A stretch of 63,932 nucleotides of DNA from Pirellulales bacterium (GTDB lineage: Bacteria; Planctomycetota; Planctomycetia; Pirellulales; JAICIG01): assembly GCA_040901675.1 (NCBI GenBank), contig JBBDYJ010000025.1, forward strand, positions 1 through 63,932, given 5' to 3'. The notes under the pieces were generated by a model. That model had not been told where the DNA came from and did no database searches. It saw nothing but the letters and a program-made list of their open reading frames with translations. The position numbers and the translations under genes were made by a program. Of the stretch, positions 10,808 through 20,499 are shown in pieces; the first letter of the stretch is position 1; each line of letters starts with the position of its first letter.

Positions 10808-11572
10808 ATGCCCATTCACGATTGGACGCGCGTGACCGCTGGCACGTTTCACGCCTTTCACTTGGCGTGGATTGCGGAACTACAGCGCGCGCTCAACGCC
10901 GGTTTGTTGCCCGAGGGCTACTATGCGTTGGCCGAGCAGGTGGCCGGTCACACGATTCCGGACGTGCTCCCTCTCCAGCAACTCGGTGGGGCCGACCCGC
11001 AGCGCTTGGCTGACCCCGAGCCGAACGGGAATGCCGCGGCCGTGGCGGTCGCCCAGGTGCCGCCGCGGGTCAGCGTGACGGCGACGGCCAGTGAGGCGAT
11101 GCTGCTGGCGGCGCGGCGGCGGCAGCTTGTCATCCGGCATTTGACGGGCGATCGAGTGGTGGCGCTGGTCGAGATCCTCTCGCCGGGCAACAAGCAGAGC
11201 CAATCGATGCTGGATGCTTTTGTCGAGAAGGCGGTCGCGGCGATCGACCAGGGTTATCACTTGTTGATCATCGACTTGTTCGCTCCCAGCCGGTTTGACC
11301 CACGGGGCATACACGGGGCGATCTGGAGCTGTATCGAGGGACCGGGCTACGCGCCACCGCCGGAGCAACCGCTGACGCTGGCGGCCTATGCTTGCGGCGC
11401 CGCGGTCACCGCCTACGTCGAGCGCCTGGCCGTCGGGGCTGAACTGCCCGAGATGCCGCTCTTTCTTGATCCGGGCCACTACGTCAACGTGCCGCTCGCG
11501 GGGACATATCAAGCCGCGTGGGAAGGTCTGCCCCAGCGCTGGCGGAGAGTCATTGAAGCGCCGGCGTCGTAA
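10808..11572 (+). CDS. DUF4058 family protein (PD-(D/E)XK-like, planctomycete-expanded)
   Basis: MPIHDWTRV..FHxFHxxWI start, VEILSPGNK, LPEMPLFL..YVNVPL. Confidence 0.85.
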   Translation: MPIHDWTRVTAGTFHAFHLAWIAELQRALNAGLLPEGYYALAEQVAGHTIPDVLPLQQLGGADPQRLADPEPNGNAAAVAVAQVPPRVSVTATASEAMLLAARRRQLVIRHLTGDRVVALVEILSPGNKQSQSMLDAFVEKAVAAIDQGYHLLIIDLFAPSRFDPRGIHGAIWSCIEGPGYAPPPEQPLTLAAYACGAAVTAYVERLAVGAELPEMPLFLDPGHYVNVPLAGTYQAAWEGLPQRWRRVIEAPAS

Positions 11573-11582
11573 CGCGCGCCAT

Positions 11583-11798
11583 TTATTTCGACGAGGGCCG
11601 TGCTTCGGCCTGTTCCATCCGGCGGAAGAGTTCTTCCACGCTCATGTCAGCCGAGTGCTGGGCGCGCCAGCCGGCATAATCGAAGGGCTCGCGCCGGACC
11701 AACGCCAGAAAACGGAGCGTCTCGACGGGCCCCAATTGCTGTTGCAGAAGGGATAAAGCCGTGTGGCGCAATTCATCGTCAGTCAGCAGTTCCGGCAT
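11583..11798 (-). CDS. Small antitoxin-like hypothetical protein
   Basis: 71 aa after GGAGG RBS; LGPVETLRFL..DYAGWR pattern resembles small proteins usually paired with PIN toxins. Confidence 0.6.
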   Translation of the reverse strand: MPELLTDDELRHTALSLLQQQLGPVETLRFLALVRREPFDYAGWRAQHSADMSVEELFRRMEQAEARPSSK

Positions 11799-12020
11799 GG
11801 GTGGCCTCCGATAGATATTCAGTCGATTATTACCGCGGGCGGGCGCCGACGGAAGACCTTCCAGACGTTCTGGAGGCTGCCGTCGCTCTCGGACTCGCCG
11901 TGCTCCCTGCGTGGACGGTACAACCGGCTGGCCTGCCGCCGATTTGCGGCGCGCGAACCTTGACCTATAGTCCCCTAGGAGCCGAATAAGATGAGCGCCT
12001 AAGGGAAGTGAAGGAGTGCA

Positions 12021-12479
12021 ATGCGTTGCGACAAGTGCCGGCATGCGTTTACGCTGATCGAAGTGCTGATCGTCGTGGTGATTATCGCGGTCCTGGCCGC
12101 CACGATCATCCCGCTGTTCTCGTCGTCGAGCCACGACGCCATGGAGGGGATGCTGAAGAGCCACCTGCGATCGTTGCGGACGCAGATCGAAGTGTACCGG
12201 CAGCATCACCTGGGGCGGCTTCCGACGATCAGCGGCGGCAGCCTGCCGCAATTGACTTCCGCCACGAACGTCGAAGGGGAGGTGGGAGTCGCGGGTCCCG
12301 CGTATCCGTTCGGCCCATACGCCGTCACTGGCCTGCCGGCCAACCCGATTTCGGGGAGCGAGCTGTTCACGGCCACGGCCGAGTTCCCGCCCACGGCCGC
12401 CAGCGGAAACGGCGGCTGGCTGTACCACGAAGCCACCGGCCAGGTCGCAGCCGACACGGAAGGCTACCTGGATTGGTGA
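12021..12479 (+). CDS. Prepilin-type N-terminal cleavage/methylation protein (GspG/pilin-like)
   Basis: AFTLIEVLIVVVIIAVLA class III signal; AAGGAG RBS. Confidence 0.9.
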   Translation: MRCDKCRHAFTLIEVLIVVVIIAVLAATIIPLFSSSSHDAMEGMLKSHLRSLRTQIEVYRQHHLGRLPTISGGSLPQLTSATNVEGEVGVAGPAYPFGPYAVTGLPANPISGSELFTATAEFPPTAASGNGGWLYHEATGQVAADTEGYLDW

Positions 12480-12694
12480 GAGGCGAGCGGGAGCGATTAT
12501 CCGTCTTGCAAGCGAGGGGCCGGCCGGGTAATAAACCCGCCGCCAGGGTCGGCGGCCGCGGTGCCGCCGGCGTGCTAGCACACCAATGACCACGCGCGGG
12601 ACCGAACGATTTGCCAGGATTGCCCGACAGAGCCTGCGAAAGCAGCAACAACGAGCGCCGCAGGGCGCGCCGACGGCGAGCGGGCCCCGGCGGG

Positions 12695-13516
12695 ATGGGC
12701 GGTCCCTGGCTGGTTGCGGCCGCACTGACGGCCTGCCTGCCGGGTTGCAACGTGCTCGTCCCATCCAATGCCAGGCAGTGGTCGCCGGACCAGGCGCTGC
12801 TGGCTTACGCCCGCTTCGACGGCGAGCGGGTCACGGTACACAATATCCGCAACTGCGCGTACAGCTCGGCCGACAATTTCACGGTCGAGCACTACGACAA
12901 AACGTTCGACCTGGGGGAGTTGGACTCGGTCGACTTTATCATGGTGCCGTTCTCCGACATGCCCGGCGGCGCCCACACCTTCTTGAGCTTCGGCTTCGGG
13001 GGGCGCGACTACCTGGCCGTCTCGGTCGAGATTCGCAAGGAGCTGGGGGAGGCCTATTCGTCGCTCAAGGGCTTCGTGAACGGCTATGAGATCATGTACG
13101 TGATCGGCGACGAACGCGACCTGATCCAACTGCGCACCATCCACCGGCTGGACGACGTTTACGTCTACCGGGCCAAGGCCTCGCCCGCCCAGGCCCGGGC
13201 GCTGTTCGTCGACGTGCTCGAGCGGGCCAACAAGCTGGTCGACGAGCCGGAGTTCTACAACACGCTGACCAACAACTGCACGACCAACGTCCTGCGCCAC
13301 GTGAACCGGATCGCCACTCGCAAGGTGCCGTACACGTACCAGGTGCTGCTGCCGGCCTATTCGGATCGTCTGGCCTACGACATGGGCCTGTTGGACACCC
13401 GCTTGCCGTTCGAAGAGACGAAACGGCGCGCGCGCGTGAACCGGCTGGCCTTCGTCCACCGCGACCGCCCCGATTTTTCGGCCGCCATCCGCGATGACGC
13501 GGCAGTGCTGCGTTGA
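12695..13516 (+). CDS. DUF4105 (Lnb N-terminal-like) domain lipoprotein
   Basis: AHTFLSFGF, SVEIRKE, FYNTLTNNCTT; lipobox LPGC. Confidence 0.85.
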   Translation: MGGPWLVAAALTACLPGCNVLVPSNARQWSPDQALLAYARFDGERVTVHNIRNCAYSSADNFTVEHYDKTFDLGELDSVDFIMVPFSDMPGGAHTFLSFGFGGRDYLAVSVEIRKELGEAYSSLKGFVNGYEIMYVIGDERDLIQLRTIHRLDDVYVYRAKASPAQARALFVDVLERANKLVDEPEFYNTLTNNCTTNVLRHVNRIATRKVPYTYQVLLPAYSDRLAYDMGLLDTRLPFEETKRRARVNRLAFVHRDRPDFSAAIRDDAAVLR

Positions 13517-13601
13517 GGCGGCCCCTGGAAGGGGAGGAAAGAGCGGTCGAGCGGAGGGGCGGGCGGGGAAGGGGGAACGAAGAAAGCCAGCGGGGCAGCC
13601 T

Positions 13602-14447
13602 TCATTCTCCACTATTGGGTTCGTCGATCCTTTGCTTGATGGCGCGGGCGGTCGCCTGCGCGCGGAACGCCACGAGATCGCGGCCCAGTTCGATCGTCTT
13701 GGGGGCCGGAGCCAGATCGATGCCGTTGATGCTGAACTTGCCCGCCACGCCGCGCTGCTGCATGCGGACCGAATTCGGGTCGACACTCATCATCATGGCG
13801 GTGACGGCGAAGCTGTCGTGCAAGCCTTCCGGAACCTCCTCGATTCCGCGATCGGCCACCCACTGGTCCAGGGCCGTGGGATCGTAGTATTGGGCAATAT
13901 AGTGGACGCGCGTCTTTCCGCCGGCCCACTGTTGGTTGAGGAGCTGGGCCACTTGCTTGAGGCCTTCCTGGCTGCCGCGGCTGTCGCCCAAGAGAACGAT
14001 GTCTTTGAATCCGTGGGCCCTTAAACTGCCGCAGACGTCGATGAGCAAGCGGCGGTAGGTATCTTCGCGTACACTGATCGTGCCTGGATAGCGCATCGGA
14101 CCGCTAGGAGGCTCGATGTCTCCATGGGGCACAAAGGGCACAATCGGAGCCACCAGGGCGTCGCCGAGAACGCGCGCTATCTTCTGGGTCGTGGCACGCA
14201 GGATGACGTTGTGCTTGCCGGTCACCAGGTAGGGCCCGCTCTGTTCAAGCCCGCCCGCGGCCACGATGGCCGTCGTCTTCTTCATCGCCAGGGCATCGCG
14301 GACCTCCATCCAGGTCATATCTTCCATGAACACGGTATCGGCCGCATCAATTGGACGCTCCGCGGCGGGGTCGGGATTGCCCGGCCAGGGCGAGGCCGAC
14401 TGGAACGCCAGGGCAAAAGCGGCGGCCAAGAGAATCGCTGTTCGCAT
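13602..14447 (-). CDS. Creatininase family protein, secreted
   Basis: EDMTWMEVRDA, GGLEQSGPYL, PGTIS, HGFKDIVLLGDS; signal peptide. Confidence 0.85.
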   Translation of the reverse strand: MRTAILLAAAFALAFQSASPWPGNPDPAAERPIDAADTVFMEDMTWMEVRDALAMKKTTAIVAAGGLEQSGPYLVTGKHNVILRATTQKIARVLGDALVAPIVPFVPHGDIEPPSGPMRYPGTISVREDTYRRLLIDVCGSLRAHGFKDIVLLGDSRGSQEGLKQVAQLLNQQWAGGKTRVHYIAQYYDPTALDQWVADRGIEEVPEGLHDSFAVTAMMMSVDPNSVRMQQRGVAGKFSINGIDLAPAPKTIELGRDLVAFRAQATARAIKQRIDEPNSGE

Positions 14448-14700
14448 GGAAGTTCCCTCGGAATGTGAACCGCCCACCGGTCGCGCCGGCAGGCCTCGGA
14501 CCACGTCGAATCGGCCCGCTTGGTCGCTCGCAGCCATCATTCAAAGTCAAGGACCGCCAACAAGCAACAAAAAAACGATCACCCTGCCGCCTCGTCCACG
14601 ATGAGGAACCGATGCCCGGGCGTTCGGCGCCGATCCGAAAGGCGTCCACGCGAATCCCGGCCTGGGCCGCCAGCCAGGCGGGCCCCAGCGTCATTTACCG

Positions 14701-15249
14701 TCATTTACCCATAGCGGCCAACGCCCGCTCGATGGCACTGTCGAGATCACCGGGCTGCTCAACGGTCCACAGCACCTTGTTGTCGGGCCCCAGCAACAGC
14801 AGGGTGGGATAGTACTCGACACCGAGGGCGGAAAGGGTCTGCCGGGCTCCGTACCCGGTGGGCGCGGTGATGCCGAACTCGTCCAGATATTTCTGGGTTT
14901 CCGACACGGAATCGGCACCTTCCGCCGTCAACGCCACAAACTTAACCGGCCGGCCCGAATACTTCTTGTGGGTCTGCACGAGACCCGGTGCCTTGGCACG
15001 GCAGGGGCCTCACCAGTAGGCCCAGATATCGAGGACGACGAGATTGCCCGCCAGCTCGTCGGCAGTGGGAGCTGGGCCGTTCAACCAGCCGGCGGCCTTC
15101 AGCGGCGGGGCCTTCTCTCCCGGCTGCAAGAGACGCGAGGAGCCGGAGTTGCACCCCCAAATCACGGGTAGTCCAAGGACGAGCGCCGCGAGGCGCGTGG
15201 CCCTGCGCAAGCGGCCGCTCGATGCCGCGTTCGATCGAGGTCGATCCAT
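14701..15249 (-). CDS. TlpA/thioredoxin-like lipoprotein selenoprotein (in-frame UGA = Sec, UGPC motif)
   Basis: ORFs 15010..15249 and 14701..14979 are in frame; reading is VVLDIWAYW-UGA-GPCRAKAP with TGA at 15012-15010 in the first Cys position of WCxxC; cis-Pro YYPT motif; lipobox IWGC; selC present in window. Confidence 0.9.
14962..15009 (-). promoter_or_regulatory. Candidate bacterial SECIS element
   Basis: 3' of the UGA the mRNA reads GGCCCCUGCC-GUGC-CAAG-GCAC-CGGGUCUCGUGCAGACCC, which can form stem-loops with G-containing loops. Confidence 0.5.
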
Positions 15250-15265
15250 GGGTGTTTCTCCCGAA

Positions 15266-15787
15266 CTAAATCGAGGGCGTCCCGCGTTTTTCGGCTCCAG
15301 AGGTATCGTACTCGCCGGAACGCCGGGAAGTAAACGGCCGAGCTGCGTCCTGCTCCCTTTTCAGCCACCCGAGCAAGATGAGGGCATAGATGCTCAGGGC
15401 GGTCCCGAACGGAACGTTCACGAGGTGAAAGATCGAGAAGGCTTTGCACAGCCCAAGGCGCCGGCGGCGGGCGATCATGCATCCGATGTAGGCGATGGCC
15501 AAAGCATGGACCAGGCAAAGCGACGCGACGGCGATGCCGGCCATGACCAGCGCCATCCCGACAATTTGCGGGTCTTCGTACGGCGAGAAGGGCAGCGGCT
15601 GGCCCGGCTGGGGGGTCTGGTGCATCATTGGATACCCCACGACCAAAAGGGCCACGCCGACCGTCGCGGCCAGGGCGGTCACCGCCGCCAGGACGTAATG
15701 CAGGATTTCGAGCACGCGGAGATGATGCTCGACGCGGTCGCCGACCAAGGGCACCGCGGTCTGGCAAGCGGATGTCGGTTGGGGCAA
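15266..15787 (-). CDS. Hypothetical membrane protein
   Basis: EHHLRVLEILHYV, several TM helices, NVPFGTAL motif. Confidence 0.7.
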   Translation of the reverse strand: MPQPTSACQTAVPLVGDRVEHHLRVLEILHYVLAAVTALAATVGVALLVVGYPMMHQTPQPGQPLPFSPYEDPQIVGMALVMAGIAVASLCLVHALAIAYIGCMIARRRRLGLCKAFSIFHLVNVPFGTALSIYALILLGWLKREQDAARPFTSRRSGEYDTSGAEKRGTPSI

Positions 15788-15808
15788 AGGCAGGACCGAT
15801 CGGGGGGC

Positions 15809-16057
15809 CTAGACGGAGGGAGGCAGGGGTTGGCGGCCGGCTGGGGCCTGATCGGCGCGGGCCAGAAGTTCGTCGGCCCGGCGCAGCAAGTCGAGTCCCG
15901 AGTCGGAGAGGCGGTGCGCGGGACTCATCGGGTGAATTGCCAGGAACTGCGCGTGGCAGTGCCGGCAAGCCACCTGCTTGCCCAGGTACACTATACGGAC
16001 CTGCAGCTTGCGGCCGCAAGTCGGGCAATCCTGGATAAAGTGCGTGGAGTTGGTCAT
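15809..16057 (-). CDS. Small zinc-ribbon protein
   Basis: CPTCGR...CRHC pairs; co-oriented directly behind hemerythrin-like gene. Confidence 0.75.
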   Translation of the reverse strand: MTNSTHFIQDCPTCGRKLQVRIVYLGKQVACRHCHAQFLAIHPMSPAHRLSDSGLDLLRRADELLARADQAPAGRQPLPPSV

Positions 16058-16063
16058 TGGTCG

Positions 16064-16576
16064 TCAGTCTCCCACGCCGACGTCGTCGGTGAATGCTTGC
16101 TGCACCAATTCGGCCTCACCGGCCTGGTGGGCCTGAAAGTGGCGGCAGAAGTCGTCGAAGCTGGTCTCGAGGAAAGTGCGGAGATGGCGCCAGCGGCGAT
16201 GCTCGAAGTCGTCGTCGCACTGGGCGATCAGGTGGCACAACTCGCCAAACAGCGGCAGGTGCTCCGATCGCAGCGCCTCGGCCCGCTCGCTGAGAGGCGG
16301 AGCGGTGAGAACCACGTCCTCCAGATAACCGCCGGTCTCTTTCAAGGCGAAGACCATACCAAGCCGCTCGCACAACTCGTCGAGAAGTTCGACCAGGCGC
16401 GTGGCCAGGGGCGGCTTGCACTTCTGGTCGCCATGCACGATGCGGCGGACTTCATCCAGCAGCAACTCCAGCTCGTGCTGTTCCAGCTCGACGTCGCTCA
16501 CATACTCGCTGCCCGCTGCCGGCTGATCGGCAGAGCGTGTGGCACTGTCGGCCTCGCCGGTGGTGTGCGTGGCCAT
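16064..16576 (-). CDS. Hemerythrin/HHE-like domain protein
   Basis: QHELE, F-x-x-KETGGYL, LRSEH, HQAGEAEL helical pattern; AAGGAGG RBS. Confidence 0.7.
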   Translation of the reverse strand: MATHTTGEADSATRSADQPAAGSEYVSDVELEQHELELLLDEVRRIVHGDQKCKPPLATRLVELLDELCERLGMVFALKETGGYLEDVVLTAPPLSERAEALRSEHLPLFGELCHLIAQCDDDFEHRRWRHLRTFLETSFDDFCRHFQAHQAGEAELVQQAFTDDVGVGD

Positions 16577-16882
16577 GGGTTTCCTCCTTGGGCCGAAGTT
16601 GCCGGGCTTGCGCCCGATTGCCCCAAGCATACTAGGGCGCGCCCGGTTGGGTTGCGTCGAGCGGACCAACCGCCGCCAGCCGAAATGAAAAGGACCAGAC
16701 GAAAGGAACTGCTCAAGGGCAGAGATCCACTCTAGGAAACGAAATGCGGCCGGGTCAATGGGCCAATTCTCGTGCCCAATGCCATTTTTTTGTCGAAGGC
16801 CCGGCCGATTTTCCTACAGTAGCCCAACTGGGTGATGAGCAGGGGTTCACTTTCAATCGCTGGATTGTTACAGTCCGGCTGC

Positions 16883-17683
16883 ATGCCCGATCTGCTCGAC
16901 TACGTCACGCTGTGCCTGGCCGCGGTGGTCGCGGGGGCCGTCAACTCGGTCGCCGGAGGCGGGACGCTGTTGACGTTTCCGCTCCTGTTCGCGGTGCTGG
17001 GCGGCTCGGCCCCGGCGGCCGTGATGGCCAATGCCACCAGCACCGTGGCGTTGTTCCCGGGTTCGCTGGCGGCCATGGCCGGCTACCGGCGGGAGCTGCG
17101 CGCGGCGAGTGGTTTGGCGCTCTTGCTGTTGGGGCCCAGCTTGCTGGGTGGATTGTTGGGAGCCTTGCTGCTGACCCAGTTGCCGGCCAGCTCGTTCGAG
17201 GTACTGGTTCCGTGGTTGATTCTGACGGCGGCGATGCTGTTCTGGCTGCAACCGCGGATAGGGCAATGGACGGGAGTCGGCCAGCGCGTGGATTGGGGTC
17301 GCCATGGCAGGGTGACGGCGATCCTGTTTCAACTGCTGGTAGCGATTTACGGCGGTTACTTTGGTGCGGGGATCGGCATCCTGATGCTCAGCGCGCTGGC
17401 CATGATGGGCATGAGCGACATCCATCAGATGAATGCCTTGAAGACTTTGTTCGCCTCGTGCATCAACGGCGTGGCGGTCGTGGTGTTTATCGCCGAGGGC
17501 AAGGTCCATTGGCCGCTGGCGTTGGCGATGGCGGCGTCGGCGATTGCCGGAGGCTATGGCGGCGCCTTGTTGGCCCGGCGGCTGGATCGCAACCTGGTTC
17601 GGCGTGGGGTGGTGCTGATCGGCTTTTGCCTGGCCTGTTATTATTTTTATCGCCAGCTTGATATTACTGGTCGCGACGCTTGA
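16883..17683 (+). CDS. Sulfite exporter TauE/SafE (TSUP) family permease
   Basis: NSVAGGGTLLTFP, YGGYFGAGIGI, NALK motifs. Confidence 0.9.
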   Translation: MPDLLDYVTLCLAAVVAGAVNSVAGGGTLLTFPLLFAVLGGSAPAAVMANATSTVALFPGSLAAMAGYRRELRAASGLALLLLGPSLLGGLLGALLLTQLPASSFEVLVPWLILTAAMLFWLQPRIGQWTGVGQRVDWGRHGRVTAILFQLLVAIYGGYFGAGIGILMLSALAMMGMSDIHQMNALKTLFASCINGVAVVVFIAEGKVHWPLALAMAASAIAGGYGGALLARRLDRNLVRRGVVLIGFCLACYYFYRQLDITGRDA

Positions 17684-18551
17684 CCATGGTGATTTCATTT
17701 CCGATCCGGTTGTGACCGACCTCGTCCATGAACGTGCGGATCAGCAGCAGACCGCGGCCGCTGATTTTTTCAAGGTTGGCCGGATCGGTTGGGTCGGGCA
17801 AGCTGGTCGGATCGAAGCCGGGCCCTTCGTCGCGGATGACATAGGCGGCCTGCTCGCGGGAGGCCTTGGCCTGGACATGGATGCGGCGGCTGCGATACGG
17901 CTCGCTGTTGCGGCGCTGTTCGGACAGGGCGTAATAAGCCTTGGTGTCCGACTCGCGCAGCTCGGAGCTGGTCTCGAGATTGCCGTGGTACAAGGCGTTC
18001 AGCAGGGCCTCTTCCAGGGCGATGGCGACCCGGATGCGGCCCGTCTCGTCGCAGATGCCTAGGCGGGAGACATCGTGCTGCAGGTGATCGACCAGGGAGG
18101 TGACCAGGCTGGGGTCGTTGTCCAGGGTGAAGCTCCAACTATTCTCGGTCAGGCACTCGATGAGCCGGGCATGGTGCCGCTCGGCCCTGGCCACGGAAAG
18201 CACGTTCTCGACGGTTTCCAGCAGGTCGCGGCCCAGCCGGCTCTTGGGGACATAGCTGGCGGCACCGCAGAGGAGGGCCTGCACGGCAATGTCCTCACTG
18301 CCCTGCGCGGTCATCAGGATCACGGGCACCAGCGGGTATCGTTCGCGGATTGCCTGGGTGAGCTCGAGGCCGTTCATCTCGGGCATCTGGAGGTCGGTGA
18401 CGACGATGTCGGGCGGCTGCTGGGCCATGCCGGCCATGGCTTCGAGGCCGTCGGCGGCATAGCGGAGCGACATCTCGCGGTTTTTTTCTATGAGGCCGCC
18501 CGCCAGCCGGCGATCAACGGCCGAGTCATCTACGATCAATACGGTTGGCAT
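17664..18551 (-). CDS. Response regulator fused to RsbW-like anti-sigma kinase (HATPase_c_2)
   Basis: LIVDDS, VTDLQMPEMNG, ILMTAQG, YVPK; then EEALLNALYHGN, DEGPGFD, GRGLLLIRTFMDEV. Confidence 0.9.
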   Translation of the reverse strand: MPTVLIVDDSAVDRRLAGGLIEKNREMSLRYAADGLEAMAGMAQQPPDIVVTDLQMPEMNGLELTQAIRERYPLVPVILMTAQGSEDIAVQALLCGAASYVPKSRLGRDLLETVENVLSVARAERHHARLIECLTENSWSFTLDNDPSLVTSLVDHLQHDVSRLGICDETGRIRVAIALEEALLNALYHGNLETSSELRESDTKAYYALSEQRRNSEPYRSRRIHVQAKASREQAAYVIRDEGPGFDPTSLPDPTDPANLEKISGRGLLLIRTFMDEVGHNRIGNEITMVKRRDQ

Positions 18552-18794
18552 AAGTCGGTCCCCCCGGTTTCGAGCCCGGCCTGTACGGACCCGATTGCAA
18601 GTGTACTCTGGCGGCGGGGTGGTTCTCAACGTATTGCCGATAAACTTGGGCGATGCGGCCTGTTGCCTGGGGGATGATGGACCTGGGGGGAATTTCCCTG
18701 TCATCGATCTGCTTGCGAACGGCCAAGCGTTACGATCAAATGAGGTGCTTTCCGCGTAGGCGTTGTGGAAGCGATCTTCGGGAGAAGGTTCCCT

Positions 18795-19175
18795 ATGCAA
18801 GTCAAGATCGTCTCGATCGCGGGTCCGGTGCTGAAGATCCAGACCGAGGGGAAGATCGGCCGCAACGACCGTGCGGGGGATCAAGAACCGATTCAGAACC
18901 TGCTGGGTCACGAGGTGTACAGTCGCAAGGTGCTGTTGAGCCTGGAGAACTCGGACCTGATCGACTCGCTGGGAGTGGCCTGGCTTTTGCAGTGTCATAA
19001 GCGTTTCCGGGACGCGGGCGGGACGTTGGTAATCCATTCGGTACCACCTATGATCATGCACGTGCTGCACGTCATGCGGCTGGAAAAGGTGCTGCGGATC
19101 GCGCCGGACGAGGCTTCAGCCGAGGCGGAGGCAATCGGAGACACTCATGGCGAACACCCCCCTGACCAATGCTGA
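18795..19175 (+). CDS. STAS domain anti-sigma factor antagonist
   Basis: IDSLGVAWLL with phosphorylatable Ser, GGTLVI. Confidence 0.88.
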   Translation: MQVKIVSIAGPVLKIQTEGKIGRNDRAGDQEPIQNLLGHEVYSRKVLLSLENSDLIDSLGVAWLLQCHKRFRDAGGTLVIHSVPPMIMHVLHVMRLEKVLRIAPDEASAEAEAIGDTHGEHPPDQC

Positions 19176-20388
19176 GGTCGACTTCAGACCGGCCTGGACC
19201 GAATTGGACGCCGAGGAAGGGGTGGCGGCGCTGCTCGACGAGGCGGCCGGGATCGGCGCCAGCGATTTATTTCTGGCCACGAACGAGCGGGACGTGGCCG
19301 TCTCGATGCGGCACCTGGGCATGGTGCGGCACCTGAGCGTTCTGCCGCTCGATCGGGGGCGGCGGTATATCAGCCACATGAAGGCCATGGCGGGCATGGA
19401 CCTGGCCGAGCGGCGGCTGTCGCTCGACGGCCGTTGGGTTCGACGTTCCGACGCGGGGCAGGTTCTCGATTTGCGGATCAACACGATTGCCACGCTGTAT
19501 GGCGAGGACTTGGCGGTGAAGCTGCTGGCGCGGGATTCGCAGTTTCGGCACATCGAAGGCCTGGGACTGCTGCGCCAGCAGCATAACGCGTTGATCGGCC
19601 TGTTGAATCGTCCCGGCGGCCTGTTGCTGGTGACCGGGCCCAGCGGTTCGGGCAAGACGACAACGCTGTACGCGTGCCTGCACTACCTGAACGACGGCAC
19701 GCGCAAGATCAACACGATCGAAGATCCGATCGAGTACTCGATGGACGGCATCCGCCAGTCGCAGGTGAACCCTAGAATCGAAGTCGATTTCCCCGAGGTG
19801 CTGCGCAGCGTCTTGCGGCAATCGCCCGACGTGATCATGATCGGCGAAATCCGCGACCCACTGACCGCAACGACCGCCGTCCGCGCCGCCAACAGCGGGC
19901 ATTTGGTCGTCGCCACTTTGCACGCCCCGGTGGCTTCGGGTGCCATCGAGTCGATGCTCAGCCTGGGCGTGCATGCCCATTTCCTTTCGACCGGGTTGTT
20001 GGGCGTGGTGGCCCAGCGGCTGGTGCGCACGCTCTGCCCGAGCTGCAAGATTGCCTTGGATCTCTCGGACGCGCCCCAGACCTTCGAAGAGATCCAGTGC
20101 TGGATGTCGCCCGGCGAGGGCCGGCAGATGTACACGGCGCCGGGCTGTGAGGCCTGCCGGCAGACCGGTTTCACGGAGCGGACAGGGGTCTTCGAGGTGC
20201 TGCCGATTTCGCGGGAGATCCGCAGAATGATCGCGGCACGCAGGCCGGGCACCGAGATCGAGCGCCAGGCCGCCCAGGAGGGGATTGTCGACTTCCGTCG
20301 GGCCGCTCTGTTGAAGGTGGCCCAGGGTCAAACGAACATCGAGGAGCTGGTCAGGGTCATACCAAGCGAAGAAGGCTACGAAAGTTAG
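19147..20388 (+). CDS. GspE/PulE/PilB family secretion ATPase (no large N-terminal domain)
   Basis: GPSGSGKTTT, TIEDPIEY, LRQSPDVIMIGEIRD, GHLVVATLH, CPSC..CEAC. Confidence 0.93.
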   Translation: MANTPLTNAEVDFRPAWTELDAEEGVAALLDEAAGIGASDLFLATNERDVAVSMRHLGMVRHLSVLPLDRGRRYISHMKAMAGMDLAERRLSLDGRWVRRSDAGQVLDLRINTIATLYGEDLAVKLLARDSQFRHIEGLGLLRQQHNALIGLLNRPGGLLLVTGPSGSGKTTTLYACLHYLNDGTRKINTIEDPIEYSMDGIRQSQVNPRIEVDFPEVLRSVLRQSPDVIMIGEIRDPLTATTAVRAANSGHLVVATLHAPVASGAIESMLSLGVHAHFLSTGLLGVVAQRLVRTLCPSCKIALDLSDAPQTFEEIQCWMSPGEGRQMYTAPGCEACRQTGFTERTGVFEVLPISREIRRMIAARRPGTEIERQAAQEGIVDFRRAALLKVAQGQTNIEELVRVIPSEEGYES

Positions 20389-20499
20389 AACACTCGAGCT
20401 AAAGGTCTCAAGGAAATCCGTCCTGCCGAGCGCTGCCCACCGGGCGGGACCGGGGAGTTCAAGTTGGCGCATGCAACACTTCGAAAGGGAGGCTATCCG

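Noticed and set aside
4304..10815. Very long antisense ORFs (4304..7369, 7750..10815; likewise 30214..33501)
   Set aside because: Shadow ORFs of high-GC genes with no recognisable motifs, opposite well-supported CDSs
11799..12764. 393-aa ORF 11583..12764 as a single protein
   Set aside because: Only the last 71 codons look coding and have an RBS; the rest is antisense to the pilin-like gene
16759..16778. Sigma-54-like promoter (GGGCACGAGAATTGGC, minus strand) upstream of the hemerythrin-like gene
   Set aside because: The invariant -12 GC is not matched; too weak to call
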